A stretch of 64,000 nt of DNA from Eukaryota sp. TZLM1-RC (lineage: Eukaryota > Protista > Metamonada: BaSk clade), in NCBI GenBank assembly GCA_040285825.1, contig JAUPSS010000001.1, forward strand, positions 2,976,001-3,040,000, written 5' to 3'. Below, piece after piece: positions 61,561 to 64,000 of the stretch (position 1 is the stretch's first letter; each line of letters opens with the position of its first letter). Position numbers and translations under genes: made by a program. The notes beneath the pieces are model-generated. The model saw nothing but the letters and a program-made list of their open reading frames with translations. It was not told where the DNA came from and made no database searches.

Positions 61561-61616
61561 AAATAAGTTGAAAACAGGAATGAATTTCACAGGCGAATGT
61601 ATGATAAGTGAAATTC

Positions 61617-63643
61617 TCTTTTTTAAAACTGGAATATTTATTGAAATAAAAACACCCAGCTGGAATTCAATATCCTCCAAACAAGCGTCACTATTACTAA
61701 ACCTACTCACAGCATTACGTTCATATTCTACACCAATAGCTAAAAGTGTCTTTGAAATCATTGTTGGAATAGACTTGAAAAAACAATTCTATTTAACCAG
61801 AACGTGGAATTCATTGTTTTACCAGACCTATTCAGTAACACTTTTTTGAAATTTTCAAAAAGGTGCAACCCTGAAGGTCCAATATTGCGAAAAAGAGAAA
61901 TTGCAAACGGCACAAACTGATATTTCACATGTTTCACTCTACCTAACTGTGCCAAAGGATCTTCATATTTATTTATCTTCATTTTTTCGGCGTTAGATAA
62001 CGTCTAATTAGCGGAATACACTAAACGAGCAGCAGAATTTTTGCAAACGTCAATTGAGACAACATCTACAACATTGAGAACACCATCGATCCCTGGAGCT
62101 ACTAAATCTGCCCTTCTTTTACCAAAGGAATCATCAGTTTGATCTAAAGACAGCTTACGTACTAATGGCTCAATAAATGCCTCTATATTGAGCCTTTTGC
62201 ACATGGCATATAATTGATCACGAACTGAGTCATGAACAATTGAGCGATAAGTTACAAAATACTTACAGTTTAAAATATGGGAAAGCCTAACAACACACTC
62301 TTGCAGCGACAAATTAAATCATTTGGTAAAGAACAAGGCCATAGAAAACATCTCATTCTCATTGCAGTGGTCAATTGGTGATCATTAAGTAGAAGGCCAT
62401 AAATGTTGGGAATTTGGGAGATTAGGCAACTTGAGCAACTGTCTTCAAGGTCAATCAAAAAGTTTGCAAAAACGGGATTTTTTCTCTTAAGCCAAGACGT
62501 ACAATATAATCCAAGTTTTCTAAAACTTTCAAGATTTTTTTCTGCAATTTTGCAAAAGTCAGTGGTAAGGAGAGCAAGCTTCTTGAAGGAAGTTCCACAT
62601 TATCAGAGGGGAAACACTTGGCCCAAATATTGGGTGAAAGAGTTTCAATTTCCTGTTGCAAAGAAATAAGATAAGAGCTGCCACAATTTTCAATAAGATG
62701 CATTTTTTCAGGAAAACGATACACAAATTCATAAATAAAATTCTTTCCACCTCCAATAAAGGCAGCTTTACAAAGGTGGCTTGATTTATGAAAATCAACA
62801 CCTCCAAAATTTGTACCACAAAAAATGCGACTTCGTAAAAATATTGAAGATATTGAGTTCTTTTTTAATGTTTTGTTAGCGTTGAAAAGTGGCTTCGTAA
62901 CTGAGATGCATCGATTTCCAATAATTTTGCTAAAAAATTGGTTCTTTGTTCATTAAAAATGCGACAAAACTCCAAAGAAATTGATGGTGATGTTGATCTC
63001 AAAATATGAGTAAATTTTCGAGAATAACAGATTTTTAGGAAAAAGAATTTCAAATGTTTCTCAATATTTAATTTTTCTATTGATTCTAATTCATTTCCAA
63101 ATTGAGTCAACAGAGTCGAAAGTTGGCCTTTGACTTCATCAATATTTCCGAGATAACAACCCAAAAAACGAAAACCAGACTGATCATAATTGATAAAGGG
63201 GACATTGACATCATTAATGAAAAAATCAATTGGTTCATGGCCAATAATCAAACATTTGGAGATATTCAATGAGAGACCAATATCTTCATTACGCTGTTGA
63301 ATAAAAGTTGCTAATTGTTTGAGAATTGTAATAAGAGCAATTACAGAAATGTCATCCATATATGCTACAACATCTATTTCTGGGAATTTTTCTTTTAATT
63401 CGCACATTAATGGATGAATTGCCAGACAAAAGAAAAAAGGACCAAGTGGATCACCTTGTTTAACACCTGAAGACGAAAGCAGGACAAAGTTTTCATAGAC
63501 CAATGTGGATGATTTTCGATAAAATGAATGGAAAAAAGGCTCAATTTCAGGAAAATGCTTTCGCAGCAAAGTTAAAATGGAAGAACGAGATACAGAATTG
63601 AAAGCATTCTTAAAATCTAAATTGAAGATGTAATTAGAATCAC
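61617..63643 (-). mobile_element. 5'-truncated CRE-like non-LTR retrotransposon (family A)
   Basis: LDFKNAFNS, GVKQGDPLGP, AYMDD, FLGCYLG RT motifs followed by knuckle and RLE. 12-bp TSD taagtgaaattc at 61605-61616 and 63644-63655. Confidence 0.92.
62839..62888 (+). mobile_element. 50-bp 3'-tail-only retrotransposon insertion nested in the family A copy
   Basis: Matches the 3' end of the 57615-58575 family. Flanked by gcgacttcgtaa (62827-62838) and gtggcttcgtaa (62889-62900). Confidence 0.65.
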
Positions 63644-63711
63644 TAAGTGAAATTCACAGTACATCAAATCTCCAGTCACTTTCCATTATACTATCTCTTT
63701 ACATAGTATAA

Positions 63712-64000
63712 ATGAACTGTGAAGTGTGTTGTGGATCATTTCAAAGGGAATCGAGGATGCCTCTAGTCATATGCAAGACTGGACACAATGTGTGTAGTGA
63801 ATGTGATCCTCAACTACCTTCTTGTCCATTTTGCAGGGATGACCGACTACCATCTACCATCCGCAACTTGGCTTTGATGAATGCAATAGAGGAGCTTAGT
63901 GCTAAATTCAATTCACATAACAATCAACAACAAAATCAAAAGATGAAACAAGAAATATCAATCAAGTCGTTGGTAAACGGTGTTTTCTTCACCATTATCA
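63712..64000 (+). CDS. N-terminal RING-finger protein, partial (runs off the right edge)
   Basis: MNCEVCCGSF....MPLVICKTGHNVCSEC......CPFCR....RNLAL; same RING type as 28680-31247. Confidence 0.8.
   Translation, partial: MNCEVCCGSFQRESRMPLVICKTGHNVCSECDPQLPSCPFCRDDRLPSTIRNLALMNAIEELSAKFNSHNNQQQNQKMKQEISIKSLVNGVFFTII

Overview
This is AT-rich, gene-dense eukaryotic (protist-like) DNA using the standard genetic code, with rare and very short introns. The organism cannot be identified from the sequence alone. Housekeeping genes include NAA15, polyubiquitin, Med20-like, Med18-like, BUB2-like TBC GAP, tRNA-Ser(AGA), PABP, CstF-64, Sec61-beta, Nup58-like, RING-kinases and a HECTD4/MYCBP2-like giant protein. 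They are interspersed with many decayed mobile elements: several families of CRE-like RLE-endonuclease non-LTR retrotransposons (often 5'-truncated, with target-site duplications and nesting), Ty3/Gypsy chromovirus remnants, and hAT transposase/MITE remnants. The best candidate for an undescribed system is a Fanzor1 (eukaryotic TnpB/Cas12-like RNA-guided nuclease) locus at 58964-61406. It is scattered over four ORFs, but it can be rebuilt to about 590 aa with all three RuvC acidic residues. Rebuilding requires removing a 661-bp hAT MITE (11-bp TIRs, 8-bp TSD) and correcting one stop and two frameshifts. Directly downstream is a strongly structured + strand RNA (G-U wobble stems, two GNRA tetraloops), the likely omegaRNA. 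Divergently next to it lies a retrotransposon-split gene fusing an MJ1316 RNA-end-recognition domain to RCC1 repeats. All assignments come from motif recognition by eye; no searches were run.
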